Shown here: in pieces, positions 20,950 to 31,531 of the stretch | Layout of the letters: each line of letters starts with the position of its first letter | How positions within the stretch are numbered: the stretch's first letter is position 1 | NCBI GenBank assembly: GCA_033549025.1 | Contig: JAWSUS010000001.1 | Location: 267,685-331,684, forward strand | Reading direction: 5' to 3' | From: Desulfuromonadales bacterium | GTDB taxonomy: Bacteria; Desulfobacterota; Desulfuromonadia; Desulfuromonadales; SZUA-540 | DNA: 64,000 nucleotides | Notes under the pieces: model-generated | What the model was told of the DNA's origin: nothing | Databases searched by the model: none | What the model saw: only the letters and a program-made list of their open reading frames with translations | Made by a program: the position numbers and the translations under genes

Positions 20950-22436
20950 GCCTGCTCCTCGGCCTTTGGCAGCCGTACGATGAATTCACTCCCCTGCCCC
21001 GGTCGCGACCGCACTTCGAGGCGCCCGTTGGCATCGGCCACCAGCCGCTGACAGACCGCAAGACCCAGCCCGCGCCCCTGGTCGGGGGCCTTGGTGGTAA
21101 AAAAGGGATCGAAGATGTGGGACAACACCTCGGGGTTCATGCCGCAGCCCTCGTCGCGCACGGAAAGCCGGATCTCCTTGCCATCCTCGCCGCCCGTCAG
21201 CGTAATAAGGCCCCCCTCTGGGGAGGCATCGCGAGCATTGAGCAACAGGTTGATAAAAACCTGTATCAGCTGGTGACGAACCAGGCCCACCGCCGGCAGC
21301 AAGACCGGCAGACCGTTTTCCAGACGCAGTCCCTCGAACGCCCCCTGGGAGCTGAGCAGTTCCACCGCTTCGCGCACAGCAGCCACGGGTTCGAAAACCT
21401 GGCGGTCGCTGCGGGAGGGGGAGGCGTAATCGAGCAGATCCCTGACCAGACGGTCGATGCGGCCGGCCTCGACCAGGGAACGTTCGACAATGTCGCGCTG
21501 GGTTCCTGCCGGCAGTTCCCCCTTGAGAAAGTCGAGGTAGCCCATCAGCGCACCGAGGGGATTGCCGACTTCGTGAGCCATGCCGGCGGCCAGCTGGCCG
21601 ACGGAAGCCATCTTCTCGGAGCGGATCAGCTCGGCCTGGGTCTGGCGGATTTCGGCGTTGGCCTGCTGCAGGGCGGCAATGTGGGCCTGCGTCTCCTGCC
21701 GGCTCTGCTTGAGGGCCGCCGCCGTGGCGTTAAGGGTGTCGCCCAGTTCGGCCACTTCTCTAGGACCATGGATGGCCGGCGCCGGCTCGAGATCGCCGGC
21801 AGCGATGCGGCGGGAGTGATTCTGCAGGGCCCGAATCGGCCGCACCACGGCGCGGTGCAGAAAGTAGAGGCCGAAGAGCACGAGAACTGCACCGTAGAGG
21901 GCGACATAAAGGGCCATTATCCTGTAGGTCGCCTGCACGCGGGCGCGCACATCCTGCAGGGAGAAACGAGCCTGTAGGGCGCCCTGGAACTGACCGGGAC
22001 GGCCGAGGGGCACGGTCATCACCACGTAGCTCTTCGCGTCGGCGCCGGACCAGGGCAGCAGGGAAGGATAATGGAGGCGCACCGCCGGCTCGCCGGTCAG
22101 CCGCACCTGGGCCAGGGGTCTGGCGTCAAGGCCAAAGTCCGGCGCGACCTCTTCGCCGGCCAGCGGCTCAAGTTCCCGGTTGGTCCAGACCCAGCCATCG
22201 ACGGCATAGCCGGCCGGCAGCCCCTGAAACAGCGGCGGCACACCCTTTTGAGCCTGCTCATGGTCGAGACTGCGGCTCAGGGTATTCATGAGCGCCGTGA
22301 TCCCGACCAGACGCTGATCGAGCAGCTCTTTTTCGGTAAGACGGACAAAGAGGACACCGGCAAAGAGGAGCGCTGCCGCCATGAGGAACATGATATTGAC
22401 GATGATCTCCGTGCTCAGTCCAGCCCTGATGCGCAC
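20946..22436 (-). CDS. HAMP-domain sensor histidine kinase
   Basis: Two TM helices, HAMP, AHEVGNPL, NARDA, GRGLGL; ATGA overlap with the regulator. Confidence 0.92.
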
Positions 22437-22555
22437 TCTCGCTCCCCCTTTTTCCTGACTTGGACCACGGCTTCCGTCGGCGTCATTTCGAAGTCGCCAA
22501 AGCCGTTGAAATCTGCTAAAGTCCGTCCTTACTTTTTCTGGAAAGGATTTCTGCC

Positions 22556-22765
22556 ATGTCCCGCATACCCGTTGTCGATCAGGATGAATGCATCAGCTGC
22601 GAAGTCTGTGTCAGCATCTGCCCCGAGGTTTTCCGCATGCAAGGCGAGGGAGACGATCATCACCATCACAAATCCTTCGTCTACAACCCCACTGGCGCCC
22701 CAGAGGAGAAGATCGAGCAGGCCATGGACAACTGCCCCGCCGCCTGCATTCACTGGCAGGACTAG
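22556..22765 (+). CDS. Single-cluster ferredoxin
   Basis: CISCEVCVSICPEVF...NCPAACI; AAAGGA RBS. Confidence 0.88.
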   Translation: MSRIPVVDQDECISCEVCVSICPEVFRMQGEGDDHHHHKSFVYNPTGAPEEKIEQAMDNCPAACIHWQD

Positions 22766-22810
22766 ACGGATCGGGGATTCATTTTGGCCCCTGACCTGCG
22801 AGGCCAGCCT

Positions 22811-24007
22811 GTGACCTTGACCGCCAACATCCGCAAGCTCTACGCCTTTTCCTTTCTCAAGATGGCCCTCTTTCCCATGGCCATCATCACCCTGTTCTGG
22901 AAGGACCACATCGGGCTGTCGCTGAGCGAGATCCTGCTGCTGCAGGCCATCTTTTCGCTGGCGACCCTGCTGATGGAGTACCCCTCGGGCTATCTGAGCG
23001 ACCGCCTGGGCTATCGCCTCACCCTCAGCCTGGCCTCGCTGCTGGGCATCGCCGGCTGGAGCTGGTACACCGTCGCCGGCTCCTTCGCCGGTGTGCTGGG
23101 GGCCGAAATCCTGTTGGGCATCTCCTACGCCTTCATCAGCGGGGCCGATAGCGCCCTGCTCTTCGAAACGCTAAAGGCCGACGGCCAGGAGGAGCACTAC
23201 GCGCGCATCGATGGCCGCATGACGGGCTGGGCCCAATTCGGCGAAGCGGCCGGGGCCCTCTTTGCCGGCACCCTCTACGCCTTCGCTCCCCTGACTCCCT
23301 TCTTTCTGCAGATTGCCGTATGGGCGCTGGCCTTCCTCCTCTCCCGCACCCTGCGGGAACCGCCGCACCTGCGTCAGGGAGCTCCCGCCGCCGGTCTGAG
23401 CGAGGCCATCCAGATCAGCCGCCACGCCCTTTTGGAGAACCGCCGGCTGCGCTACGGCATCGCCCTGGCCGCCCTGCTGGGACTGGCCTCCTTCATCCCC
23501 GTCTGGCTCATTCAGCCCACCATGCAGCTTGCCGGCGTGCCTCTGGCCTGGTTCGGCCCGGTGTGGGCCGGGGCCAACCTGACCGTCGCCCTCTTCTCTC
23601 TGCTCAGCCACCGCCTCAGCTTCCACCTAGGCGACCGTGGCATGATTGTTCTTTGCGTGGGACTGGTGATCGCCGGCTATGTCGGGCTGGGGCTGGTAGA
23701 GAGCGTCTGGGGCTTCGTGTTCTATTATCTGCTGACCGCCATGCGCGGCCTGCAGGGGCCGCTGCTGCGCCACCACCTGCAAAGGGAAAGCCGCCCCGGC
23801 ACCCGCGCCAGCATCCTGTCGCTCAAATCCCTCGTCTTTCGCCTGCTCTTTGTCGGCAGCAGCCCGCTGGTCGGACATCTGGCCGACAGCCAGGGGCTGG
23901 GCACGACCTTCCTGCTGCTCGCCGCCGCCTTCGCCCTGCTCCTGCTCCCCTTCTCCATCCTCTTTGTGCACAGCCAAACAACCGCCCCAGACGCCGTGAA
24001 GGATTAA
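22811..24007 (+). CDS. MFS transporter
   Basis: About 12 TM helices, EYPSGYLSDRLGYR motif A, SGADSALLFETL. Confidence 0.88.
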   Translation: MTLTANIRKLYAFSFLKMALFPMAIITLFWKDHIGLSLSEILLLQAIFSLATLLMEYPSGYLSDRLGYRLTLSLASLLGIAGWSWYTVAGSFAGVLGAEILLGISYAFISGADSALLFETLKADGQEEHYARIDGRMTGWAQFGEAAGALFAGTLYAFAPLTPFFLQIAVWALAFLLSRTLREPPHLRQGAPAAGLSEAIQISRHALLENRRLRYGIALAALLGLASFIPVWLIQPTMQLAGVPLAWFGPVWAGANLTVALFSLLSHRLSFHLGDRGMIVLCVGLVIAGYVGLGLVESVWGFVFYYLLTAMRGLQGPLLRHHLQRESRPGTRASILSLKSLVFRLLFVGSSPLVGHLADSQGLGTTFLLLAAAFALLLLPFSILFVHSQTTAPDAVKD

Positions 24008-27000
24008 TCCTCTCCCGCCTCACGTCCCTTGACCCGCGCCAGCAGGGACTGGGACAGGGAATAGAGGACCGGCACCACGACCAGAGTGAGCATGGTGGCG
24101 ACGGCGAGACCGAAGATCACCGCGATGGCCATGGGTCCCCACCACTCGGCCGACTCGCCGCCGATCTCCCAGGTGAGGCTGCGGAAATCGAAACTCAGAC
24201 CCACGGCCATGGGCAGCAGGCCGAGGATGGTGGTCATGGCCGTGAGCATGACGGGGCGAAAGCGCACCACCCCGGCCCGGATGAGGGCTTCGTTCAGCTC
24301 CAGCCCCTGTTTGCGCAGCTGGTTGATGTAATCGATAAGGACGATGGCGTTGTTGACCACCACCCCGGCCAGGGAGATGACACCGATGCCGGTCATGATG
24401 ATGCCGAAGGGGGTCACGGTGACCAGCAGGCCGAAAAAGACGCCGGACAGGGAGAGGACCACCGAGGTCATGACAATGAGGGATTGGGACAGCGAATTGA
24501 ACTGGGTGATGAGAATCAGGGTGATGAGGAAGACCGCGGCCAGAAAAGCCTTGCCAAGAAAGGCGGTGGCCTTCTGCTGCTCTTCCTGCTCGCCGGAGAA
24601 GTTGACGCGGTAGCCAGCCGGCAGGTCGAGGCCGGCCAGACGTCCCTGCACCTCGCGCAGCACTTCGTTGCTGTTGCGGCCGTAGGTGTTGGCCGACAGG
24701 GTCACCACCCGCTTCTGGTTGAGGCGACGGATGGAGCCGAAGCCAGTGCCCAACTCCACCTGGGCCACCGTCGACAAGGGGACGGGAGCGCCGGCCTGGG
24801 TCGGAACCAGCAGGTTTTCGATATCGCTGAATTCCCGGCGGCGGGGCTCCGGCAGGCGGGCGACGATGTCATACTCGTCCTTCCCTTCCCGGTAGACGCC
24901 GAGCTTGCTGCCGCTGATGGCGGCCTTGACGGTGCGGGAGATCTCGGCCGTCGACAGGCCGAGCAGACTGGCTTTTTCACGGTCGACCACCACGCGGATC
25001 TCCGGCATGGCCATGGAAAAATCGTCTTTCAGGTCGACCAGACCGGGCACATCCTGGATAAGGGCCTTGGCCTGGCTGGCTAGCGCCCCCAGGGTCTCGA
25101 CTTCCTCGCCGCTGATTTCCACGTTGACCGGCGGCCCCGTGGGCGGCCCCTCCTCCTGTTTTTCCACCTTGATTTCCGCCCCGGGAAAGGGCACCACCGC
25201 CTGACGGATACGGGCGAGAACGGCATTGGCGTTTTCCTGACGGTCACGACGCTCCTGAAAATCCAGGGAGATCTTGCTCATGTGGGCCTGCCCCGTGGAG
25301 CCGCCGCTCTCGCCGCTCGACCCCACCCCGACCTCGGCAATGACATAGCGGATATCCGGCTCCTGCAGCGCAACCTCTTCCACCGCCAGAGCCAGGGCGT
25401 TACTGGTGTCGAGATTGGCCCCTTCCGGCGCCTTGATCTCCACGAAGGCCCGGTTGGGCTCGGTGTCGGGGAAGAGCTCGACGCCGTGACCGAAGACGGC
25501 GTAGATGGCCATCAGCCCCACCAGCGAGACCACGGAGGCCAGCACGACCAGCCCTCGAAAACGCAACGCCACCTCCAGCGTCCGGCGATAAAGCCGCAGG
25601 ATGAAGGGCTCCCGCTGTGCTCCGGCAGCCCGCTCGGAGGGCACCCGCATGAAGCTGGCGCAGACGACGGGGTTGATGACCAGGGCGACAAAGAGGGAAG
25701 CGCTCAGGGTCACGATGAGGGTCAGGGGGAGAAATTTCATGAATTCCCCCATGATGCCCGGCCAGAAGATCATGGGGAAAAAGGCGCACAGGGTGGTCAG
25801 GGTCGAGCTGATCACCGGCCAGCCCACCTCGGATACGGCCTCGCGGGCGGCGGCGAGGCGTTCCTTGCCTTCCTGCATGTGACGGTAGATATTTTCGACA
25901 ATGACGATGGCGTTATCCACCAGCATGCCCAGGGCCAGAATCAGGCTGAAGAGCACCACCATATTGAGGGTGATACCCATCGCCTGCAGAATGGTAAAGG
26001 AGAGCAGCATGGAATAGGGGATAGCCAGGGCGACAAAGAGAGAGTTGGTGAACCCGAGGAAGAGAAAGAGGACGAGAATGACCAGAATGAGGCCGTTGAG
26101 GATGTTGTTTTCCAACTCGGCGACGATACGGCGGATGTCCTTGGACTGGTTGAGGGTGACAGCGAGCTGCACCCCTTCCGGCAGCAGACGCTCCGCTTCG
26201 CCGAGCAGGGCGAAGACCTGGTCGGCCACGGCGATGATGTTCTCTCCCGTTCTCTTTTTGATAGAGAGGGTGACGCTGTCGCGGCCATTCAGACGGGCGT
26301 AGCTGGTGCGGTCCTCGAAACTGTCGTGGACCGTGGTGACGTCCTTGAAATAGATGGGACGGCCGTCGCGGCTGACCAGCACCAGGTTGTCGATCTGGGC
26401 CGGGTCGGTGAACTCGCCGGGGATGCGCAGCAGATACTTGCCGCGGCCGATGTCGATACTGCCGCCGGGGATGTTGACGTTCTCCCGCTGGATGGCGGCG
26501 AGAATTTCGGAGAAGGAGAGTCGGTAGGCAGCCAGACGCTCGGGGTCGAATTCCACCCGGATCTGCCGTTCGCGTGCCCCGGCCAGCACCACGTCGAGCA
26601 CCCCGGGAATCTCCTCGATGCGATCTTCCAGCTCCTCGGCCACGGCCTTGAGGATCCGTTCGTCGACCTTGCCCGAAACGGCCACGGCGAGGATGGGAAA
26701 CTCGGAGAGGTTGATCTCCAGAATGGAGGGGTCATCCTCCAGGTCATCAGGGAGTTCGCCTTTGGCCTGATCGACCTTGTCGCGCACCCACTGCAGGGCG
26801 TTTTCAATATCGACATCGGGGGTGAATTCGATGGTAATCATGGAAGAACCCTCGGCGCTGACCGAGCGGATTTCCTCCACGTTCTTCAAGCCTTTGAGTT
26901 TGCGTTCGATGGGCAGGGTAATGAGGGTTTCGATGTCGGCGGGAGCCACCCCTTCGTAAATGGTCTGCACCAGCACATAGGGCACGGTGATGTCGGGACT

Positions 27001-27108
27001 CGATTCCCGGGGCAGGGTCAGATAACTGTACAGGCCGCTGATGACGGCGATGACCATGAGGGCAAAAACGGTGCTGCGGCGGCTGATGGCGGCATCGGTG
27101 ATGAGCAT
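24004..27108 (-). CDS. RND efflux permease (AcrB/MdtB-like)
   Basis: GMLVDNAIVIVENIYR, GVVVNNAIVLID, RFRPVMLT; about 1030 aa. Confidence 0.93.
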   Translation of the reverse strand: MLITDAAISRRSTVFALMVIAVISGLYSYLTLPRESSPDITVPYVLVQTIYEGVAPADIETLITLPIERKLKGLKNVEEIRSVSAEGSSMITIEFTPDVDIENALQWVRDKVDQAKGELPDDLEDDPSILEINLSEFPILAVAVSGKVDERILKAVAEELEDRIEEIPGVLDVVLAGARERQIRVEFDPERLAAYRLSFSEILAAIQRENVNIPGGSIDIGRGKYLLRIPGEFTDPAQIDNLVLVSRDGRPIYFKDVTTVHDSFEDRTSYARLNGRDSVTLSIKKRTGENIIAVADQVFALLGEAERLLPEGVQLAVTLNQSKDIRRIVAELENNILNGLILVILVLFLFLGFTNSLFVALAIPYSMLLSFTILQAMGITLNMVVLFSLILALGMLVDNAIVIVENIYRHMQEGKERLAAAREAVSEVGWPVISSTLTTLCAFFPMIFWPGIMGEFMKFLPLTLIVTLSASLFVALVINPVVCASFMRVPSERAAGAQREPFILRLYRRTLEVALRFRGLVVLASVVSLVGLMAIYAVFGHGVELFPDTEPNRAFVEIKAPEGANLDTSNALALAVEEVALQEPDIRYVIAEVGVGSSGESGGSTGQAHMSKISLDFQERRDRQENANAVLARIRQAVVPFPGAEIKVEKQEEGPPTGPPVNVEISGEEVETLGALASQAKALIQDVPGLVDLKDDFSMAMPEIRVVVDREKASLLGLSTAEISRTVKAAISGSKLGVYREGKDEYDIVARLPEPRRREFSDIENLLVPTQAGAPVPLSTVAQVELGTGFGSIRRLNQKRVVTLSANTYGRNSNEVLREVQGRLAGLDLPAGYRVNFSGEQEEQQKATAFLGKAFLAAVFLITLILITQFNSLSQSLIVMTSVVLSLSGVFFGLLVTVTPFGIIMTGIGVISLAGVVVNNAIVLIDYINQLRKQGLELNEALIRAGVVRFRPVMLTAMTTILGLLPMAVGLSFDFRSLTWEIGGESAEWWGPMAIAVIFGLAVATMLTLVVVPVLYSLSQSLLARVKGREAGED

Positions 27109-27109
27109 G

Positions 27110-28210
27110 TCAGTCGCCTGCCACCTTGACTTTGGCCCCATCCGTCATGAGCTGCTGCCCCTTGACGACCAGGCGTTCTCCGGCAGAGGCTCCGCTGACA
27201 ACGACCACCTTATCCCCAATGACGGCCCCGAGCTCAACGGGGCGACGAAAGACGGCTCCTCCTTCTTCGACAAAGAGGAACTTCTGCCCCTCTCTTTCAA
27301 CGACAGCATACAACGGAACCGCCAGCACATCGGGGAGACTGCGGCGCACGATGCGGGTGCGCACGATCATGCCGGGGCGCAGCAGACCGGTGCCGTTGTT
27401 CACCTCGATCTTGGCCAGGTAGGTCTTGGTGGACGTATCGGCTTTATAGGCCAGATGGATGATCTCTCCCGGCAATACAATCTGGGGCAAACCTTCAATA
27501 GCCGCCTGCTCGATGCGCACCTGGTCGCCGACCTTGACGAAGGCCACATCTTTTTCCGGCACCTCGATGAGCACTTTCAGGCGGTCGACCTGAATAACCA
27601 CGGCGGCGGCAGTCCCCTCCTTGACATATTCCCCCCGATCCACCAGCAGACGGTCGAGCCAGCCGGCCACGGGAGTTCGCAGAGTGCTTTTTTCCAGGGT
27701 CATCCGCAGGCGCTTGAGCTCGGCGTCGGCCACGTCAAAGACATTGATGGCCGTGTCGAGCTCCTGAGCGCTGACGAAGTTCTGTTCACGCAGGCGCCGG
27801 ATCCGCTCCAGCTCTTTCTGCCGCAGGCGATAATCGGCCTCGGCTCGTTCCAGGCTGGTCTCCAAAATGTCCGTATCCATATGCAGGATCGTCGCCCCCG
27901 CCTTGAGCTGATCGCCTTCCTGGGGGCCGATCTGCCTGACGGTGCCGGCGACTTCGACGGAGAGGGTCAGGTCCTCCCAGGCTTCCAGCGTGCCCGGCAG
28001 GGTGAAGGTCTCTTCGAGATTTTCCGGCTGCAGTACCTGCACCTCTACCGTGGGGATCTGTCCGGGACGCTCAGCGGCAGCGGCTGTTTCCTGCTTGTCT
28101 TTATCGCTGCAACCCAACAACAGCGCCAGAGAAAACAGGGCCAGGGCCCCTCGGATCAACAGGCGGACAGAAGCTGTGCCTTGGTTGCACCGGCAAAAAT
28201 CGACTTTCAT
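27110..28210 (-). CDS. RND periplasmic adaptor (membrane fusion lipoprotein)
   Basis: Lipobox LLGC, lipoyl/alpha-hairpin pattern, LRPGM, VPLYAV; directly upstream of the RND permease. Confidence 0.9.
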   Translation of the reverse strand: MKVDFCRCNQGTASVRLLIRGALALFSLALLLGCSDKDKQETAAAAERPGQIPTVEVQVLQPENLEETFTLPGTLEAWEDLTLSVEVAGTVRQIGPQEGDQLKAGATILHMDTDILETSLERAEADYRLRQKELERIRRLREQNFVSAQELDTAINVFDVADAELKRLRMTLEKSTLRTPVAGWLDRLLVDRGEYVKEGTAAAVVIQVDRLKVLIEVPEKDVAFVKVGDQVRIEQAAIEGLPQIVLPGEIIHLAYKADTSTKTYLAKIEVNNGTGLLRPGMIVRTRIVRRSLPDVLAVPLYAVVEREGQKFLFVEEGGAVFRRPVELGAVIGDKVVVVSGASAGERLVVKGQQLMTDGAKVKVAGD

Positions 28211-28339
28211 GGGTGATCCCGTGATGATAATTAAATGATAAAATTAAAGTTGCTGCAAAACCCGCGCACAGGTGCGTATTATTGATTACAGGCTGACAGG
28301 GGTCAAGACAAAACCTGAAGAGATAAAAGGAGTTTTCTG

Positions 28340-28897
28340 TTGGACCTGATGAGGATTTTCAACACCTATTACCCGCCGGGTACCAAGGCCCACGACATCC
28401 TGCTGCGCCACAGCCGCAAGGTGACCGAGAAGGCCGGCCTGATTGCCGAAAAACTCGGCAGCAGCCGTGTCAACCTGAAGTTCGTGCAGGAAGCGGCCTT
28501 CCTGCACGATATCGGCATCTGCCGTACCCACGCCCCCGAACTGGGCTGTCACGGCGACCTGCCGTATCTGGCCCACGGCTACAAAGGCCGGGAACTGCTG
28601 GAAGAGGAAGGCTTCCCCCGCCATGCCCTCGTCTGCGAACGTCATATCGGAGTGGGCCTGACGGCAAGGGAGATCGAGCGCGACAAGCTGCCTCTGCCCG
28701 TACGGAACATGGTACCCAAAACCCTGGAGGAAGAGATCGTGGCCTACGCCGATCCCTTCTTTTCCAAAAACCCGCTGGAGAATGACGAGGAACGGTCGGT
28801 GGAGGCCGTCCGCCAGAGCCTGGCGCGCTTCGGTCGCGACAAGGTGATCGTCTTCGACCAGTGGCACCGCTATTTTTCCACCGGCGTGCCTGTCTGA
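28340..28897 (+). CDS. HDIG-domain metal-dependent phosphohydrolase
   Basis: HS...LHDIG...HG...ERHIGVG...EEEIVAYAD; AAGGAG RBS, TTG start. Confidence 0.85.
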   Translation: MDLMRIFNTYYPPGTKAHDILLRHSRKVTEKAGLIAEKLGSSRVNLKFVQEAAFLHDIGICRTHAPELGCHGDLPYLAHGYKGRELLEEEGFPRHALVCERHIGVGLTAREIERDKLPLPVRNMVPKTLEEEIVAYADPFFSKNPLENDEERSVEAVRQSLARFGRDKVIVFDQWHRYFSTGVPV

Positions 28898-28910
28898 GAA
28901 AGGACTGTGG

Positions 28911-30437
28911 ATGGAAGCTTGGCTGCAGGAGCTCTTTGCCTGGCTGCCGCAGGGCGGCAGTTACTACCTGCTTATCGCCTTCATCTCCCTCTTTGAATCC
29001 ATCGTCGGCATCGGTCTGCTCATGCCGGGGAGTGTGCTGGTGGTCTTTGCCGGGTTCCTGGCCGCCAGCGGCAAAGGGGCGATCCTTCCCCTGATGGGGA
29101 GCGCCGCCCTTGGTGCTTTGCTCGGCGACCTGCTCAGCTTCTGGCTGGGAGCGCGGCTGGGGGCTCAGCTCATGCAGAGCCCCTTCCTGCATAAACGTCG
29201 CGCCCTGGTCCACCGGGCGGAGGCTTTTTTCGCCGCACATGGCGGTAAGAGCGTCTTTATGGGGCGCTTTACCGGCCCCATCCGCGGCTTCATCCCCTTT
29301 GTCGCCGGCAGCTCTCGCATGCGGCCGATGCCCTTTGTCCTCTATACGCTGATCAGCGCCATCCTCTGGGGGCTCTGCTATCCAGGACTTGGCTACCTCG
29401 GCGGCGCCAGCTGGCAGCAGGTCCGGCGGCTGACCGGGCAGCTGAGCCTGGCGGTGACGGCCTTGGTGGTGCTGCTGATTCTCAACGGCCTCTTCTGGAA
29501 AAAACTGGCGCCGCGGCTGGTCGACCTGGGCACGCGCGGATGGCTGCGGCTGCGGCGGCAGGGTGAACGGCTTTTGCAGGGACCGACGGCGCAACGATTG
29601 CAGCGCCGCTATCCCCTGCTCTGGCAGTTTCTGGCTGACCGTTTCAGCCTGCGCAAAGGGGCCGGTCTCTACCTGACCACGGGGCTGCTTTTCAGTGCCC
29701 TCTTCGCCGCCCTCTTCGTCGGGTTGACCAACGCCATGCACATCCGGGAGCCTCTCTTTCGCTTCGACCAATGGGCTTACGCGGAAGTATCCAAGCTGAA
29801 ACACCCCGTGGCCGATGCCTTCTTTGTGGCCGTCACCACTCTGGGCAGTGCGGGAGTCGTGCTTATTCAGGCCCTGCTGGCCCTGTTCTGGCTGATGCTT
29901 TACCAGCGTTTCTTCTCGGCCACGATCCTCGCCGCCGGCACGCTAGGAGGGGAACTGCTCGTTTTTGCCCTTAAATTCGTCTTCGACCGCCCCCGCCCCA
30001 TCCCCCTGCTGCCCCATCTGGAGCCATTCAGCGCCAGTTTTCCCAGCGCCCACGCCTTTGTCGCCCTGGTCTTTTATGGTCTGTTGACCTATATGCTCCT
30101 CGACCATATCCGCGATTGGCAGTCACGGGCGGTTCTGCTTTTTTGCGGCAGCTTCGTCGCTTTGCTCATCGGCTTTAGCCGCATCTATCTGGGCGTTCAC
30201 TGGCTCAGTGACGTGCTGGCGGGCTTTGCCCTGGCGGCCATGTGGTTGACTTTTCTCATCACCGCCTCCGAAATTCGCCGCCGCTACGCCGGCGAGTTCC
30301 CCTGGCATTCTCGCTGGCCGCCCCTACAGTTCCCCCGGGGGATCCGGCTGGTGCTCCTGAGCCTGGGGATGACCGCTGCAATAGGCGGCGTCATTCTGCT
30401 CATCCGTGCCCAACTGTTGCAAATGGGCTGGCCCTGA
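28911..30437 (+). CDS. DedA-PAP2 phosphatase fusion membrane protein
   Basis: DedA (FES...LLMPGS, GRFTGPIR) plus PAP2 motifs KFVFDRPRP, FPSAH, SRIYLGVHWLSD. Confidence 0.88.
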   Translation: MEAWLQELFAWLPQGGSYYLLIAFISLFESIVGIGLLMPGSVLVVFAGFLAASGKGAILPLMGSAALGALLGDLLSFWLGARLGAQLMQSPFLHKRRALVHRAEAFFAAHGGKSVFMGRFTGPIRGFIPFVAGSSRMRPMPFVLYTLISAILWGLCYPGLGYLGGASWQQVRRLTGQLSLAVTALVVLLILNGLFWKKLAPRLVDLGTRGWLRLRRQGERLLQGPTAQRLQRRYPLLWQFLADRFSLRKGAGLYLTTGLLFSALFAALFVGLTNAMHIREPLFRFDQWAYAEVSKLKHPVADAFFVAVTTLGSAGVVLIQALLALFWLMLYQRFFSATILAAGTLGGELLVFALKFVFDRPRPIPLLPHLEPFSASFPSAHAFVALVFYGLLTYMLLDHIRDWQSRAVLLFCGSFVALLIGFSRIYLGVHWLSDVLAGFALAAMWLTFLITASEIRRRYAGEFPWHSRWPPLQFPRGIRLVLLSLGMTAAIGGVILLIRAQLLQMGWP

Positions 30438-30505
30438 GACGTCAACTGTGGTAGAAAATGAGGCCGAAAAACCCGACTTTCACCCAACGCAAACAAGGAT
30501 CCGCC

Positions 30506-31531
30506 ATGAACATACGCATGCCTGCCGAATGGGAAAAACAGGACGGCGTCCTGCTCGCCTGGCCGCACCAGGACAGCGACTGGGAACAGCACCTGGATGT
30601 GGTCGAACCGGTCTTTCAGCGGCTCGCCACCGAGATCAGTCGTTTTGAGCGCGTCCTCATCGTCGCCCCCGACGTCGAACGCGTCCGCACGCAACTCGCC
30701 CGCACCGACGCGGACATGACGCGCATCCGCCTCTACGCCATCCCGACCAACGACACCTGGTCGCGAGATTTTGGGGCTATCACGTTCCTACGGGACGGCG
30801 CCCCCGTCCTTCTCGACTTCGGTTTCAACGGCTGGGGGCTCAAATTCGCCGCCCATCACGACAACCAGGTCAATCAGGCTCTGGCCAAAGCCGGCGCTTT
30901 CGGCTCTATCCCCCTTGAAATTCCCGGCCTCATCCTCGAAGGGGGCAGCCTGGAAAGCGATGGCCGCGGCACCCTGCTGACCACGGCGGAATGCCTGCTG
31001 AACCCCAACCGCAATCCGCACCTCTCCCGGCCGGAAATTGAGACCCGGTTGAGGGCTCTGCTGGGATTTGACCGCTTTTTGTGGTTGGAAAATGGCTACC
31101 TGGCTGGCGACGACACCGACTCGCACATCGACACCCTGGCCCGCCTCTGCCCCGACGATACCATCGTCTACGTCAGGTGCGATGATCCCGCCGATGAGCA
31201 TTTTGCGGCCCTCAAGAAAATGGAGGCCGAGTTGCAAGCCTTCCGGACCCGGGACGGTGCGCCCTATCGCCTGCTCCCCCTGCCCTGGCCCGGGGCCGCC
31301 TACGACGAGGACGGCGAACGTCTGCCCGCCACCTACGCCAACTTCCTGGTCATCAACGGGGCCGTACTGGTGCCAACCTACGATGATGCCCGGGATGAGC
31401 AGGCGCTGCAGGTCATCACCGAGGCCTTCCCCGGCCGCGAAATCATCGGCGTCAACTGCCTGCCGCTGATTCTGCAGCACGGCTCCCTGCACTGCGTCAC
31501 CATGCAGTTTCCCCAAGGAGTTCTGTCATGA
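30506..31531 (+). CDS. aguA: Agmatine deiminase family protein
   Basis: MPAEWE, NDTWSRDFG, LEGGS, DTDSHID, GSLHCVTMQ. Confidence 0.88.
   Translation: MNIRMPAEWEKQDGVLLAWPHQDSDWEQHLDVVEPVFQRLATEISRFERVLIVAPDVERVRTQLARTDADMTRIRLYAIPTNDTWSRDFGAITFLRDGAPVLLDFGFNGWGLKFAAHHDNQVNQALAKAGAFGSIPLEIPGLILEGGSLESDGRGTLLTTAECLLNPNRNPHLSRPEIETRLRALLGFDRFLWLENGYLAGDDTDSHIDTLARLCPDDTIVYVRCDDPADEHFAALKKMEAELQAFRTRDGAPYRLLPLPWPGAAYDEDGERLPATYANFLVINGAVLVPTYDDARDEQALQVITEAFPGREIIGVNCLPLILQHGSLHCVTMQFPQGVLS

Noticed and set aside
28220..28250. Fur-box-like GATAAT sequence
   Set aside because: Only a direct repeat; lacks the 7-1-7 inverted symmetry
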